Assembly (NCBI RefSeq): GCF_964355755.1
Contig: NC_092676.1
Location: 12,510,771 to 12,574,770, forward strand
Length of the DNA: 64,000 nucleotides
Origin: Antedon mediterranea
Lineage: Eukaryota; Animalia; Echinodermata
Direction of reading: 5' to 3'
Under the pieces are notes generated by a model. That model ran no database searches and was not told the DNA's origin. It worked only from the letters and a program-made list of their open reading frames with translations. Below are positions 40,101 to 55,100 of this stretch, one piece after another. The first letter of the stretch is position 1; every line of letters begins with the position of its first letter. The translations under genes and the position numbers were made by a program.

Positions 40101-43100
40101 ACATCAAAGTGTACAAAATAACTTCAAATCGCATTTGGAGACGTTTTAGACCATTTTGTGCATTTCGATAAAACTTTTCACACAAAAACATCAAATTGCA
40201 CAAAATAGCTTAATATCGTGTTTAAAACCGTTTTTACCATTTTGAGCATTTCGATAAACTTTTCACACAAAAACATCAAAGTGCTTAAAATCACATTTGA
40301 AAGCGTTTTAGAGCATTTTTAGCATTTCGATAATACTTTTCACACAAAAACATCAAAGTGTACAGAATAGCTTCAAATCGCATTTGGAGACGTTTTAGAC
40401 CATTTTGTGCATTTCGATGAAACTTGGTTACACAAAAACATCAAAGTGCTTAAAATCACATTTGAAACCGTTTTAGAGCATTTTTAGCATTTCGATAATA
40501 CTTTTCACACAAAAACATCAAAGTGCACAAAATAGCTTCAAATCGCATTTAGAGATGTTTTAGACCATTTTGTGCATTTCGATAAAACTTTTCACACAAA
40601 AACATCAAATTGCACAAAATAGCTTAATACCGTGTTTGAAATCATTTTAAACCATTTTGAGCATGTCGATAAAACTTTTCACACAAAAACATCAAAGTTT
40701 TTAGAATATTTCCAAATCGCATTTGGAGACGTTTTAGACCATTTTGTGCATTTCGATGAAACTTGGTTACACAAAAACATCAAAGTGCTTAAAATCACAT
40801 TTGAAACCGTTTTAGAGCATTTTGAGCATTTCGATAAAACTTTTCAAACAAAAACATCAAAGTGTACAAAATAGCTTCAAATCACATTTGAAACCGTTTT
40901 AGACCATTTTGAGCATTTCGATAAAACTTTTCACACAAAAACATCAAAGTGTACAAAATAGCTTCAAATCGCATTTGGAGACGTTTTAGACCATTTTTTG
41001 CATTTCGATGAAACTTGGTTACACAAAAACATCAAAGTGCTTAAAATCACATTTGAAACCGTTTTAGAGCATTTTGAGCATTTCGATAAAACTTTTCACA
41101 CAAAAACATCAAAGTGTACAAAATAGCTTCAAATCGCATTTAGAGACGTTTTAGACCATTTTGTGCATTTCGAAAAAATTTGTTAACATAAAAAGACCAA
41201 AGTGTTTAGAATATCTCCAAATCGCATTTGGAGACGTTTTAGACCATTTTGTGCATTTCGATGAAACTTGGTTACACAAAAACATCAAAGTGCTTAAAAT
41301 CACATTTGAAACCGTTTTAGAGCATTTTTAGCATTTCGATAATACTTTTCACACAAAAACATCAAAGTGTACAAAATAGCTTCAAATCGCATTTGGAGAC
41401 GTTTTAGACCATTTTGTGCATTTCGATGAAAGTTGGTTACACAAAAACATCAAAGTGCTTAAAATCACATTTGAAACCGTTTTAGACCATTTTGAGCATT
41501 TCGATAAAACTTTTCACACAAAAAAATCAAAGTGCACAAAATAGCTTCAAATCGCATTTGGAGACGTTTTAGACTATTTTGTGCATTTTGAAAAAATTTG
41601 TTAACATAAAAAGACCAAAGTGTTTAGAATATCTCCAAATCGCATTTGGAGACGTTTTAAACCATTTTGTGCATTTCGATGGAACTTGGTTACACAAAAA
41701 CATCAAAGTGCTTAAAATCACATTTAAAACCGTTTTAGAGCATTTTGAGCATTTCGATAAAACTTTTCACACAAAAACATCAAAGTGCACAAAATAGCTT
41801 CAAATCACATTTGAAACCGTTTTAGAGCATTTTTAGCATTTCGATAAAACTTTTCACACAAAAACATCAAAGTGTACAAAATAGCTTCAAATCGCATTTA
41901 GAGAGGTTTTAGACAATTTTGTGCATTTCGATAAAACTTTTCACACAAAAACATCAAAGTGTACAAAATAGCTTCAAATTGCATTTAGAGACGTTTTAGA
42001 CCATTTTGTGCATTTCGATAAAACTTTTCACACAAAAACATCAAATTGCACAAAATCGTTTTAAACCATTTTAAATCGTTTTAAACCATTTTGAGCATGT
42101 CGATAAAACTTTTCACAAAAAACATCAAAGTGCACAGAATAGCTTCAAATTGCATTTGGAGACGTTTTAGAGCATTTTGTGCATTTCGATAAAATGTGTT
42201 AACATAAAAAGACCAAAGTGTTTAGAATATCTTCAAATCACATTTGGAGACGTTTTAGACCATTTTTTGCATTTCGATGAAACTTGGTTACACAAAAACA
42301 TCAAAGTGCTTAAAATCACATTTGAAACCGTTTTAGAGCATTTTGAGCATTTCGATAAAACTTTTCACACAAAAACATCAAAGTGTACAAAATAGCTTCA
42401 AATCGCATTTAGAGACGTTTTAGACCATTTTTTGCATTTCGATGAAACTTGGTTACACAAAAACATCAAAGTGCTTAAAATCACATTTAAAACCGTTTTA
42501 GAGCATTTTTAGCATTTCGATAAAACTTTTCACACAAAAACATCAAAGTGTACAAAATAGCTTCAAATCGCATTTAGAGAGGTTTTAGACAATTTTGTGC
42601 ATTTCGATAAAACTTTTCACACAAAAACATCAAAGTGTACAAAATAGCTTCAAATTGCATTTAGAGACGTTTTAGACCATTTTGTGCATTTCGATAAAAC
42701 TTTTCACACAAAAACATCAAATTGCACAAAATCGTTTTAAACCATTTTAAATCGTTTTAAACCATTTTGAGCATTTCGATAAAACTTTTCACAAAAAACA
42801 TCAAAGTGCACAGAATAGCTTCAAATTGCATTTGGAGACGTTTTAGAGCATTTTGTGCATTTCGATAAAATGTGTTAACATAAAAAGACCAAAGTGTTTA
42901 GAATATCTTCAAATCACATTTGGAGACGTTTTAGACCATTTTTTGCATTTCGATGAAACTTGGTTACACAAAAACATCAAAGTGCTTAAAATCACATTTG
43001 AAACCGTTTTAGAGCATTTTGAGCATTTCGATAAAACTTTTCACACAAAAACATCAAAGTGTACAAAATAGCTTCAAATCGCATTTAGAGACGTTTTAGA

Positions 43101-46100
43101 CCATTTTGTGCATTTCGAAAAAATTTGTTAACATAAAAAGACCAAAGTGTTTAGAATATCTCCAAATCGCATTTGGAGACGTTTTAGACCATTTTGTGCA
43201 TTTCGATGAAACTTGGTTACACAAAAACATCAAAGTGCTTAAAATCACATTTGAAACCGTTTTAGAACATTTTTAGCATTTCGATAATACTTTTCACACA
43301 AAAACATCAAAGTGTACAAAATAGCTTCAAATCGCATTTGGAGACGTTTTAGACCATTTTGTGCATTTCGATGAAAGTTGGTTACACAAAAACATCAAAG
43401 TGCTTAAAATCACATTTGAAACCGTTTTAGACCATTTTGAGCATTTCGATAAAACTTTTCACACAAAAAAATCAAAGTGCACAAAATAGCTTCAAATCGC
43501 ATTTGGAGACGTTTTAGACTATTTTGTGCATTTTGAAAAAATTTGTTAACATAAAAAGACCAAAGTGTTTAGAATATCTCCAAATCGCATTTGGAGACGT
43601 TTTAAACCATTTTGTGCATTTCGATGGAACTTGGTTACACAAAAACATCAAAGTGCTTAAAATCACATTTAAAACCGTTTTAGAGCATTTTGAGCATTTC
43701 GATAAAACTTTTCACACAAAAACATCAAAGTGTACAAAATAGCTTCAAATCGCATTTAGAGACATTTTAGACCATTTTGTGCATTTCGATAAAACTTTTC
43801 ACACAAAAACATCAAATTGCACAAATAGCTTAATACCGTGTTTGAAATCGTTTTAAACCATTTTGAGCATGTCGATAAAACTTTTCACAAAAAAACATCA
43901 AAGTGCACAGAATAGCTTCAAATCGCATTTGGAGACGTTTTAAACCATTTTGTGCATTTCGATAAAACTTTTCACATAAAAACAACAAAGTGTACAAAAT
44001 AGCTTCAAATCGCATTTGGAGACGTTTTAGACCATTTTGTGCATTTCGATGAAACTTGGTTACACAAAAACATCAAAGTGCTTAAAATCACATTTGAAAC
44101 CGTTTTAGAGCATTTTGAGCATTTCGATAAAACTTTTCACACAAAAACATCAAAGTGTACAAAATAGCTTCAAATCACATTTGAAACCGTTTTAGACCAT
44201 ATTGAGCATTTCGATAAAACTTTTCACACAAAAACATCAAAGTGTACAAAATAGCTTCAAATCGCATTTGGAGACGTTTTAGACCATTTTGTGTATTTCG
44301 ATGAAACTTGGTTACACAAAAACATCAAAGTGCTTAAAATCACATTTGAAAGCGTTTTAGAGCATTTTTAGCATTTCGATAATACTTTTCACACAAAAAC
44401 ATCAAAGTGTACAAAATAGCTTCAAATCGCATTTGGAGACGTTTTAGACCATTTTGTGCATTTCGATGAAACTTGGTTACACAAAAACATCAAAGTGCTT
44501 AAAATCACATTTAAAACAGTTTTAGAGCATTTTGAGCATTTCTATAAAACTTTTCACACAAAAACATCAAAGTGTACAAAATAGCTTCAAATCGCATTTA
44601 AAGAGGTTTTAGACCATTTTGTGCATTTCGATAAAACTTTTCACACAAAAACATCAAAGTGTACAAAATAGCTTCAAATCGCATTTAGAGACGTTTTAGA
44701 CCATCTTGTGCATTTCGATAAAACTTTTCACACAAAAACATCAAATTGCACAAAATAGCTTAATATCGTGTTTGAAAACGTTTTAAACCATTTTGAGCAT
44801 GTCGATAAAACTTTTCACACAAAAATATCAAAGTGCACAGAATATCTTCAAATCGCATTTAGAGACGTTTTAGACCATTTTGTGCATTTCGAAAAAATTT
44901 GTTAACATAAAAAGACCAAAGTGTTTAGAATATCTCCAAATCGCATTTGGAGACGTTTTAGACCATTTTGTGCATTTCAATGAAACTTGGTTACACAAAA
45001 ACATCAAAGTGCTTAAAATCACATTTAAAACCGTTTTAGAGCGTTTTGAGCATTTCGATAAACTTTTCACACAAAAACATCAAAGTGCACAAAATAGCTT
45101 CAAATCGCATTTAGAGATGTTTTAGACCATTTTGTGCATTTCGATAAAACTTTTCACACAAAAACATCAAATTGCACAAAAAAGCTTAATACCGTGTTTG
45201 AAATCGTTTTAAACCAATTTGAGCATGTCGAAAAAACTTTTCACACAAAAACATCAAAGTGCACAGAATATCTTCAAATCGCATTTAGAGACGTTTTAGA
45301 CCATTTTGTGCATTTCGAAAAAATTTGTTAACATAAAAAGACCAAAGTGTTTAGAATATCTCCAAATCGCATTTGGAGACGTTTTAGACCATTTTGTGCA
45401 TTTCGATGAAACTTGGTTACACAAAAACATCAAAGTGCTTAAAATCACATTTGAAACCGTTTTAGAGCATTTTGAGCATTTCGATAAAACTTTTCACACA
45501 AAAACATCAAAGTGTACAAAATAGCTTCAAATCACATTTGAAACCGTTTTAGACCATTTTGAGCATTTCGATAAAACTTTTCACACAAAAATATCAAAGT
45601 GTACAAAATAGCTTCAAATCGCATTTGGAGACGTTTTAGACCATTTTGTGCATTTCGATGAAACTTGGTTACACAAAAACATCAAAGTGCTTAAAATCAC
45701 ATTTGAAACCGTTTTAGAGCATTTTTAGCATTTCGATAATACTTTTCACACAAAAACATCAAAGTGTACAAAATAGCTTCAAATCGCATTTGGAGACGTT
45801 TTAGACCATTTTGTGCATTTCGATGAAACTTGGTTACACAAAAACATCAAAGTGCTTAAAATCACATTTGAAATCGTTTTAGACCATTTTGAGCATTTCG
45901 ATAAAACTTTTCACACAAAAAAATCAAAGTGCACAAAATAGCTTCAAATCGCATTTGGAGACGTTTTAGACTATTTTGTGCATTTCGAAAAAATTTGTTA
46001 ACATAAAAAGACCAAAGTGTTTAGAATATCTCCAAATCGCATTTGGAGACGTTTTAAATCATTTTGTGCATTTCGATGGAACTTGGTTACACAAAAACAT

Positions 46101-49100
46101 CAAAGTGCTTAAAATCACATTTAAAACCGTTTTAGAGCATTTTGAGCATTTCGATAAAACTTTTCACACAAAAACATCAAAGTGTACAAAATAGCTTCAA
46201 ATCGCATTTAGAGAGGTTTTAGACCATTTTGTGCATTTCGATAAAACTTTACACACAAAAACATCAAAGTGTACAAAATAGCTTCAAATCGCATTTAGAG
46301 ACGTTTTAGACCATTTTGTGCATTTCGATAAAACTTTTCACACAAAAACATCAAATTGCACAAAATAGCTTAATATCGTGTTTGAAAACGTTTTAAACCA
46401 TTTTGAGCATGTCGATAAAACTTTTCACACAAAAATATCAAAGTGCACAGAATATCTTCAAATCGCATTTAGAGACGTTTTAGACCATTTTGTGCATTTC
46501 GAAAAAATTTGTTAACATAAAAAGACCAAAGTGTTTAGAATATCTCCAAATCGCATTTGGAGACGTTTTAGACCATTTTGTGCATTTCGATGAAACTTGG
46601 TTACATAAAAACATCAAAGTGCTTAAAATCACATTTAAAACCGTTTTAGAGCGTTTTGAGCATTTCGATAAACTTTTCACACAAAAACATCAAAGTGCAC
46701 AAAATAGCTTCAAATCGCATTTAGAGATGTTTTAGACCATTTTGTGCATTTCGAAAAAACTTTTCACACAAAAACATCAAATTGCACACAATAGCTTAAT
46801 ACCGTGTTTGAAATCGTTTTAAACCATTTTGAGCATGTCGATAAAACTTTTCACACAAAAACATCAAAGTGCACAGAATATCTTCAAATCGCATATAGAG
46901 ACGTTTTAGACCATTTTGTGCATTTCGAAAAAATTTGTTAACATTAAAAGACCAATGTGTTTAGAATATCTCCAAATCGCATTTGGAGACGTTTTAGACC
47001 ATTTTGTGCATTTCGATGAAACTTGGTTACACAAAAACATCAAAGTGCTTAAAATCACATTTGAATCCGTTTTAGAGCATTTTTAGCATTTCGATAATAC
47101 TTTTCACACAAAAACATCAAAGTGTACAAAATAGCTTCAAATCGCATTTGGAGACGTTTTAGACCATTTTGTGCATTTCGATGAAACTTGGTTACACAAA
47201 AACATCAAAGTGCTTAAAATCACATTTGAAATCGTTTTAGACCATTTTGAGCATTTCGATAAAACTTTTCACACAAAAAAATCAAAGTGCACAAAATAGC
47301 TTCAAATCGCATTTGGAGACGTTTTAGACTATTTTGTGCATTTCGAAAAAATTTGTTAACATAAAAAGACCAAAGTGTTTAGAATATCTCCAAATCGCAT
47401 TTGGAGACGTTTTAAATCATTTTGTGCATTTCGATGGAACTTGGTTACACAAAAACATCAAAGTGCTTAAAATCACATTTAAAACCGTTTTAGAGCATTT
47501 TGAGCATTTCGATAAAACTTTTCACACAAAAACATCAAAGTGTACAAAATAGCTTCAAATCGCATTTAGAGAGGTTTTAGACCATTTTGTGCATTTCGAT
47601 AAAACTTTACACACAAAAACATCAAAGTGTACAAAATAGCTTCAAATCGCATTTAGAGACGTTTTAGACCATTTTGTGCATTTCGATAAAACTTTTCACA
47701 CAAAAACATCAAATTGCACAAAATAGCTTAATATCGTGTTTGAAAACGTTTTAAACCATTTTGAGCATGTCGATAAAACTTTTCACACAAAAATATCAAA
47801 GTGCACAGAATATCTTCAAATCGCATTTAGAGACGTTTTAGACCATTTTGTGCATTTCGAAAAAATTTGTTAACATAAAAAGACCAAAGTGTTTAGAATA
47901 TCTCCAAATCGCATTTGGAGACGTTTTAGACCATTTTGTGCATTTCGATGAAACTTGGTTACATAAAAACATCAAAGTGCTTAAAATCACATTTAAAACC
48001 GTTTTAGAGCGTTTTGAGCATTTCGATAAACTTTTCACACAAAAACATCAAAGTGCACAAAATAGCTTCAAATCGCATTTAGAGATGTTTTAGACCATTT
48101 TGTGCATTTCGAAAAAACTTTTCACACAAAAACATCAAATTGCACACAATAGCTTAATACCGTGTTTGAAATCGTTTTAAACCATTTTGAGCATGTCGAT
48201 AAAACTTTTCACACAAAAACATCAAAGTGCACAGAATATCTTCAAATCGCATATAGAGACGTTTTAGACCATTTTGTGCATTTCGAAAAAATTTGTTAAC
48301 ATTAAAAGACCAATGTGTTTAGAATATCTCCAAATCGCATTTGGAGACGTTTTAGACCATTTTGTGCATTTCGATGAAACTTGGTTACACAAAAACATCA
48401 AAGTGCTTAAAATCACATTTGAAACCGTTTTAGAGCATTTTGAGCATTTCGATAAAACTTTTCAAACAAAAACATCAAAGTGTACAAAATAGCTTCAAAT
48501 CACATTTGAAACCGTTTTAGACCATTTTGAGCATTTCGATAAAACTTTTCACACAAAAACATCAAAGTGTACAAAATGGCTTCAAATCGCATTTGGAGAC
48601 GTTTTAGAGCATTTTGAGCATTTCGATCAAACTTTTCACACAAAAACATCAAAGTGTACAAAATAACTTCAAATCGCATTTAGAGACGTTTTAGACCATT
48701 TTGTGCATTTTGGTAAAACTTTTCACACAAAAACATCAAATTGCACAAAATAGCTTAATATCGTGTTTGAAAACGTTTTAAACCATTTTGAGCATGTCGA
48801 TAAAACTTTTCACATAAAAATATCAAAGTGCACAGAATAGCTTCAAATCGCATTTGGAGACGTTTTAGACCATTTTGTGCATTTTGGTAAAACTTTTCAC
48901 ACAAAAACATCAAATTGCACAAAATAGCTTAATATCGTGTTTGAAAACGTTTTAAACCATTTTGAGCATGTCGATAAAACTTTTCACTCAAAAATATCAA
49001 AGTGCACAGAATATCTTCAAATCGCATTTAGAGACGTTTTAGACCATTTTGTGCATTTTGAAAAAATTTGTTAACATAAAAAGACCAAAGTGTTTAGAAT

Positions 49101-52100
49101 ATCTCCAAATCGCATTTGGAGACGTTTTAGACCATTTTGTGTTTTTCGAAAAAACTTTTCACACAAAAACATCAAAGTGTACAAAATTGCTTCAAATCGC
49201 ATTTGGAGACGTTTTAGACCATTTTGTGCATTTTGGTAAAACTTTTCACACAAAAACATCAAAATTCACAAAATAGCTTAATATCGTGTTTGAAAACGTT
49301 TTAAACCATTTTGAGCATGTCGATAAAACTTTTCACTCAAAAATATCAAAGTGCACAGAATATCTTCAAATCGCATTTAGAGACGTTTTAGACCATTTTG
49401 TGCATTTCGAAAAAAATTGTTAACATAAAAAGACCAAAGTGTTTAGAATATCTCCAAATCGCATTTGGAGACGTTTTAGACCATTTTGCGCATTTCGATG
49501 AAACTTGGTTACACAAAAACATCAAAGTGCTTAAAATCACATTTAAAACCGTTTTAGAGCGTTTTGAGCATTTCGATAAACTTTTCAAACAAAAACATCA
49601 AAGTGTACAAAATAGCTTCAAATCGTATTTGGAGACGTTTTAGACCATTTTGTGCGTTTCGATGAATCTTGGTTACACAAAAACATCAAAGTGCTTAAAA
49701 TCACATTTAAAACCGTTTTAGTGCATTTTGAGCATTTCGATAAAACTTTTCACACAAAAACATCAAAGTGCACAAAATAGCTTCAAATCGCATTTAGAGA
49801 TGTTTTAGACCATTTTGTGCGTTTCGATAAAACTTTTCACACAAAAACATCAAATTGCACAAAATAGCTTAATATCGTGTTTGAAAACGTTTTAGACCAT
49901 TTTGAGCATGTCGATAAAACTTTTCACACAAAAACATAAAAGTGCACAAAATAGCTTCAAATCGCATTTAGAGATGTTTTAGACCATTTTGTGCGTTTCG
50001 ATAAAACTTTTCACACAAAAACATCAAATTGCACAAAATAGCTTAATATCGTGTTTGAAAACGTTTTAGACCATTTTGAGCATGTCGATAAAACTTTTCA
50101 CACAAAAACATAAAAGTGCACAGAATAGCTTCAAATCGCATTTGGAGACGTTTTAGACCATTTTGTGCATTTCGAAAAAAACTTTTTAACATAAAAACAC
50201 CAAAGTGCTTAGAATAGCTTCAAATCGCATTTGGAGACGTTTTAGACCATTTTGTGCATTTCGATGAAACTTGGTTACACAAAAACATCAAAGTGCTTAA
50301 AATCACATTTGAAACCGTTATAGAGCATTTTTAGCATTTCGATAAAACTTTTCACACAAAAACATCAAAGTGTACAAAATAGCTTCAAATCACATTTGAA
50401 ACCGTTTTAGACCATTTTGAGCATTTCGATAAAACTTTTCACACAAAAACATCAAATTGCACAAAATAGCTTAATATTGTGTTTGAAAACGTTTTAAACC
50501 ATTTTGAGCATGTCGATAAAACTTTTCACACAAAAATATCAAAGTGCCCAGAATATCTTCAAATCGCATTTAGAGACGTTTTAGACCATTTTGTGCATTT
50601 CGAAAAAATTTGTTAACATAAAAAGACCAAAGTGTTTAGATTATCTCCAAATCGCATTTGGAGACGTTTTAGACCATTTTGTGTTTTTCGAAAAAACTTT
50701 TCACACAAAAACATCAAAGTGTACAAAATTGCTTCAAATCGCATTTAGAGAGGTTTTAGACCATTTTGTGCATTTCGATAAAACTTTTCACACAAAAACA
50801 TCAAAGTGCACAGAATATCTTAATACCGTGTCTGAAATCGTTTTAAACCATTTTGAGCATGTCGATAAAACTTTTCACACAAAAACATCAAAGTGCACAG
50901 AATATCTTCAAATCGCATTTAGAGACGTTTTAGACCATTTTGTGCATTTCGAAAAAATTTGTTAACATAAAAAGACCAAAGTGTTTAGAATATCTCCAAA
51001 TCGCATTTGGAGACGTTTTAGACCATTTTGTGCATTTCGATGAAACTTGGTTACACAAAAACATCAAAGTGCTTAAAATCACATTTGAAACCGTTTTAGA
51101 GCATTTTGAGCATTTCGATAAAACTTTTCACACAAAAACATCAAAGTGTACAAAATAGCTTCAAATCACATTTGAAACCGTTTTAGACCATTTTGAGCAT
51201 TTCGATAAAACTTTTCACACAAAAACATCAAAGTGTACAGAATAGCTTCAAATCGCATTTGGAGACGTTTTAGACCATTTTGTGCATTTCGATGAAACTT
51301 GGTTACACAAAAACATCAAAGTGCTTAAAATCACATTTGAAACCGTTTTAGAGCATTTTTAACATTTCGATAATACTTTTCACACAAAAAAATCAAACTG
51401 CACAAAATAGCTTCAAATCGTATTTGGAGAGGTTTTAGACCATTTTGTGCATTTCGATAAAACTTTTCACACAAAAACATCAAAGTGTACAAAATAGCTT
51501 CAAATCGCATTTAGAGACGTTTTAGACCATTTTGTGCATTTCGATAAAACTTTTCACACAAAAACATCAAATTGCACAAAATAGCTTAATATCGTGTTTG
51601 AAAACGTTTTAAACCATTTTGAGCATGTCGATAAAACTTTTCACAAAAAAATATCAAAGTGCACAGAATATCTTCAAATCGCATTTAGAGACGTTTTAGA
51701 CCATTTTGTGCATTTCGATGAAACTTGGTTACACAAAAACATCAAAGTGCTTAAAATCACATTTAAAACCGTTTTAGAGCGTTTTGAGCATTTCGATAAA
51801 CTTTTTACACAAAAACATCAAAGTGCACAAAATAGCTTCAAATCGCATTTAGAGATGTTTTAGACCATTTTGTGCATTTCGATAAAACTTTTCACACAAA
51901 AACATCAAATTGCACAAAATAGCTTAATACCGTGTTTGAAATCATTTTAAACCATTTTGAGCATGTCGATAAAACTTTTCACACAAAAACATCAAAGTGC
52001 ACAGAATATCTTCAAATCGCATTTAGAGACGTTTTAGACCATTTTGTGCATTTCGAAAAAATTTGTTAACATAAAAAGACCAAAGTGTTTAGAATATCTC

Positions 52101-55100
52101 CAAATCGCATTTGGAGACGTTTTAGACCATTTTGTGCATTTCGATGAAACTTGGTTACACAAAAACATCAAAGTGCTTAAAATCACATTTGAAACCGTTT
52201 TAGAGCATTTTGAGCATTTCGATAAAACTTTTCACACAAAAACATCAAAGTTTACAAAATAGCTTCAAATCACATTTGAAACCGTTTTAGACCATTTTGA
52301 GCATTTCGATAAAACTTTTCACACAAAAACATCAAAGTGTACAAAATAGCTTCAATTCGCATTTGGAGACGTTTTAGACCATTTTGTGCATTCCGATGAA
52401 ACTTGGTTACACAAAAACATCAAAGTGCTTAAAATCACATTTGAAACCGTTTTAGAGCATTTTTAGCATTTCGATAATACTTTTCACACAAAAACATCAA
52501 AGTGTACAAAATAGCTTCAAATCGCATTTGGAGACGTTTTAGACCATTTTGTGCATTTCGATGAAACTTGGTTACACAAAAACATCAAAGTGCTTAAAAT
52601 CACATTTGAAACCGTTTTAGACCATTTTGAGCATTTCGATAAAACTTTTCACACAAAAAAATCAAAGTGCACAAAATAGCTTCAAATCGCATTTGGGGAC
52701 GTTTTAGACTATTTTGTGCATTTCGAAAAAATTTGTTAACATAAAAAGACCAAAGTGTTTAGAATATCTCCAAATCGCATTTGGAGACGTTTTAAACCAT
52801 TTTGTGCATTTCGATGGAACTTGGTTACACAAAAACATCAAAGTGCTTAAAATCACATTTAAAACCGTTTTAGAGCATTTTTAGCATTTCGATAAAACTT
52901 TTCACACAAAAACATCAAAGTGTACAAAATAGCTTCAAATCACATTTGAAACCGTTTTAGACCATTTTGAGCATTTCGATAAAACTTTTCACACAAAAAC
53001 ATCAAAGTGTACAAAATAGCTTCAAATCGCATTTGGAGACGTTTTAGACCATTTTGTGCATTTCGATGAAACTTGGTTACACAAAAACATCAAAGTGCTT
53101 AAAATCACATTTGAAACCGTTTTAGAGCATTTTTAGCATTTCGATAAATACTTTTCACACAAAAACATCAAGGTGTACAAAATAGCTTCAAATCGCATTT
53201 GGAGACGTTTTAGACCATTTTGTGCATTTCGATGAAACTTGGTTACAAAAAAACATCAAAGTGCTTAAAATCACATTTGAAACCGTTTTAGACCATTTTG
53301 AGCATTTCGATAAAACTTTTCACACAAAAACATCAAATTGCACAAAATAGCTTAATATCGTGTTTGAAAACGTTTTAGACCATTTTGAGCATGTCGATAA
53401 AACTTTTCACACAAAAACATAAAAGTGAACAGAATAGCTTCAAATTGCATTTGGAGACCTTTTAGAGCATTTTGTGCATTTCGATAAAATGTGTTAATAT
53501 AAAAAGACCAAAGTGTTTAGAATATCTTCAAATCACATTTGGAGACGTTTTAGACCATTTTTTGCATTTCGATGAAACTTGGTTACACAAAAACATCAAA
53601 GTGCTTAAAATCACATTTAAAACCGTTTTAGAGCATTTTGAGCATTTCGATAAAACTTTTCACACAAAAACATCAAAGTGTACAAAATAGCTTCAAATCG
53701 AATTTAGAGAGGTTTTATACCATTTTGTGCATTTCGATAAAACTTTTCACACAAAAACATCAAAGTGTACAAAATAACTTCAAATCGCATTTAGAGACGT
53801 TTTAGACCATTTTGTGCATTTTGATAAAACTTTTCACACAAAAACATCAAATTGCACAAAATAGCTTAATACCGTGTTTGAAATCGTTTTAAACCATTTT
53901 GAGCATGTCGATAAAACTTTTCACAAAAAAACATCAAAGTGCACCGAATAGCTTCAAATCGCATTTGGAGACGTTTTAAACCATTTTGTGCATTTCGATG
54001 AAACTTGGTTACACAAAAACATCAAAGTGCTTAAAATCACATTTGAAACCGTTTTAGAGCATTTTGAGCATTTCGATAAAACTTTTCACACAAAAACATC
54101 AAAGTGTACAAAATAGCTTCAAATCGCATTTAGAGACGTTTTAGACCATTTTGTGCATTTCGAAAAAATTTGTTAACATAAAAAGACCAAAGTGTTTAGA
54201 ATATCTCCAAATCGCATTTGGAGACGTTTTAGACCATTTTGTGCATTTCGATGAAACTTGGTTACACAAAAACATCAAAGTGCTTAAAATCACATTTGAA
54301 ACCGTTTTAGAGCATTTTTAGCATTTCGATAATACTTTTCACACAAAAACATCAAAGTGTACAAAATAGCTTCAAATCGCATTTGGAGACGTTTTAGACC
54401 ATTTTGTGCATTTCGATGAAACTTGGTTACACAAAAACATCAAAGTGCTTAAAATCACATTTGAAACCGTTTTAGACCATTTTGAGCATTTCGATAAAAC
54501 TTTTCACACAAAAAAATCAAAGTGCACAAAATAGCTTCAAATCGCATTTGGAGACGTTTTAGACTATTTTGTGCATTTTGAAAAAATTTGTTAACATAAA
54601 AAGACCAAAGTGTTTAGAATATCTCCAAATCGCATTTGGAGACGTTTTAAACCATTTTGTGCATTTCGATGGAACTTGGTTACACAAAAACATCAAAGTG
54701 CTTAAAATCACATTTAAAACCGTTTTAGATCATTTTGAGCATTTCGATAAAACTTTTCAGACAAAAACATCAAATTGCACAAAATAGCTTAATACCGTGT
54801 TTGAAATCGTTTTAAACCATTTTGAGCATGTCGATAAAACTTTACACAAAAAAACATCAAAGTGCACAGAATAGCTTCAAATCGCATTTGGAGACGTTTT
54901 AAACCATTTTGTGCATTTCAATAAAACTTTTCACATAAAAACAACAAAGTGTACAAAATAGCTTCAAATCGCATTTAGAGACGTTTTAGACCATTTTGGG
55001 CATTTCGATGAAACTTGGTTACACAAATACATAAAAATGCTTAAAATCACATTTCAAACCGTTTTAGAGCATTTTGAGCATTTCGATAAATCTTTTCACA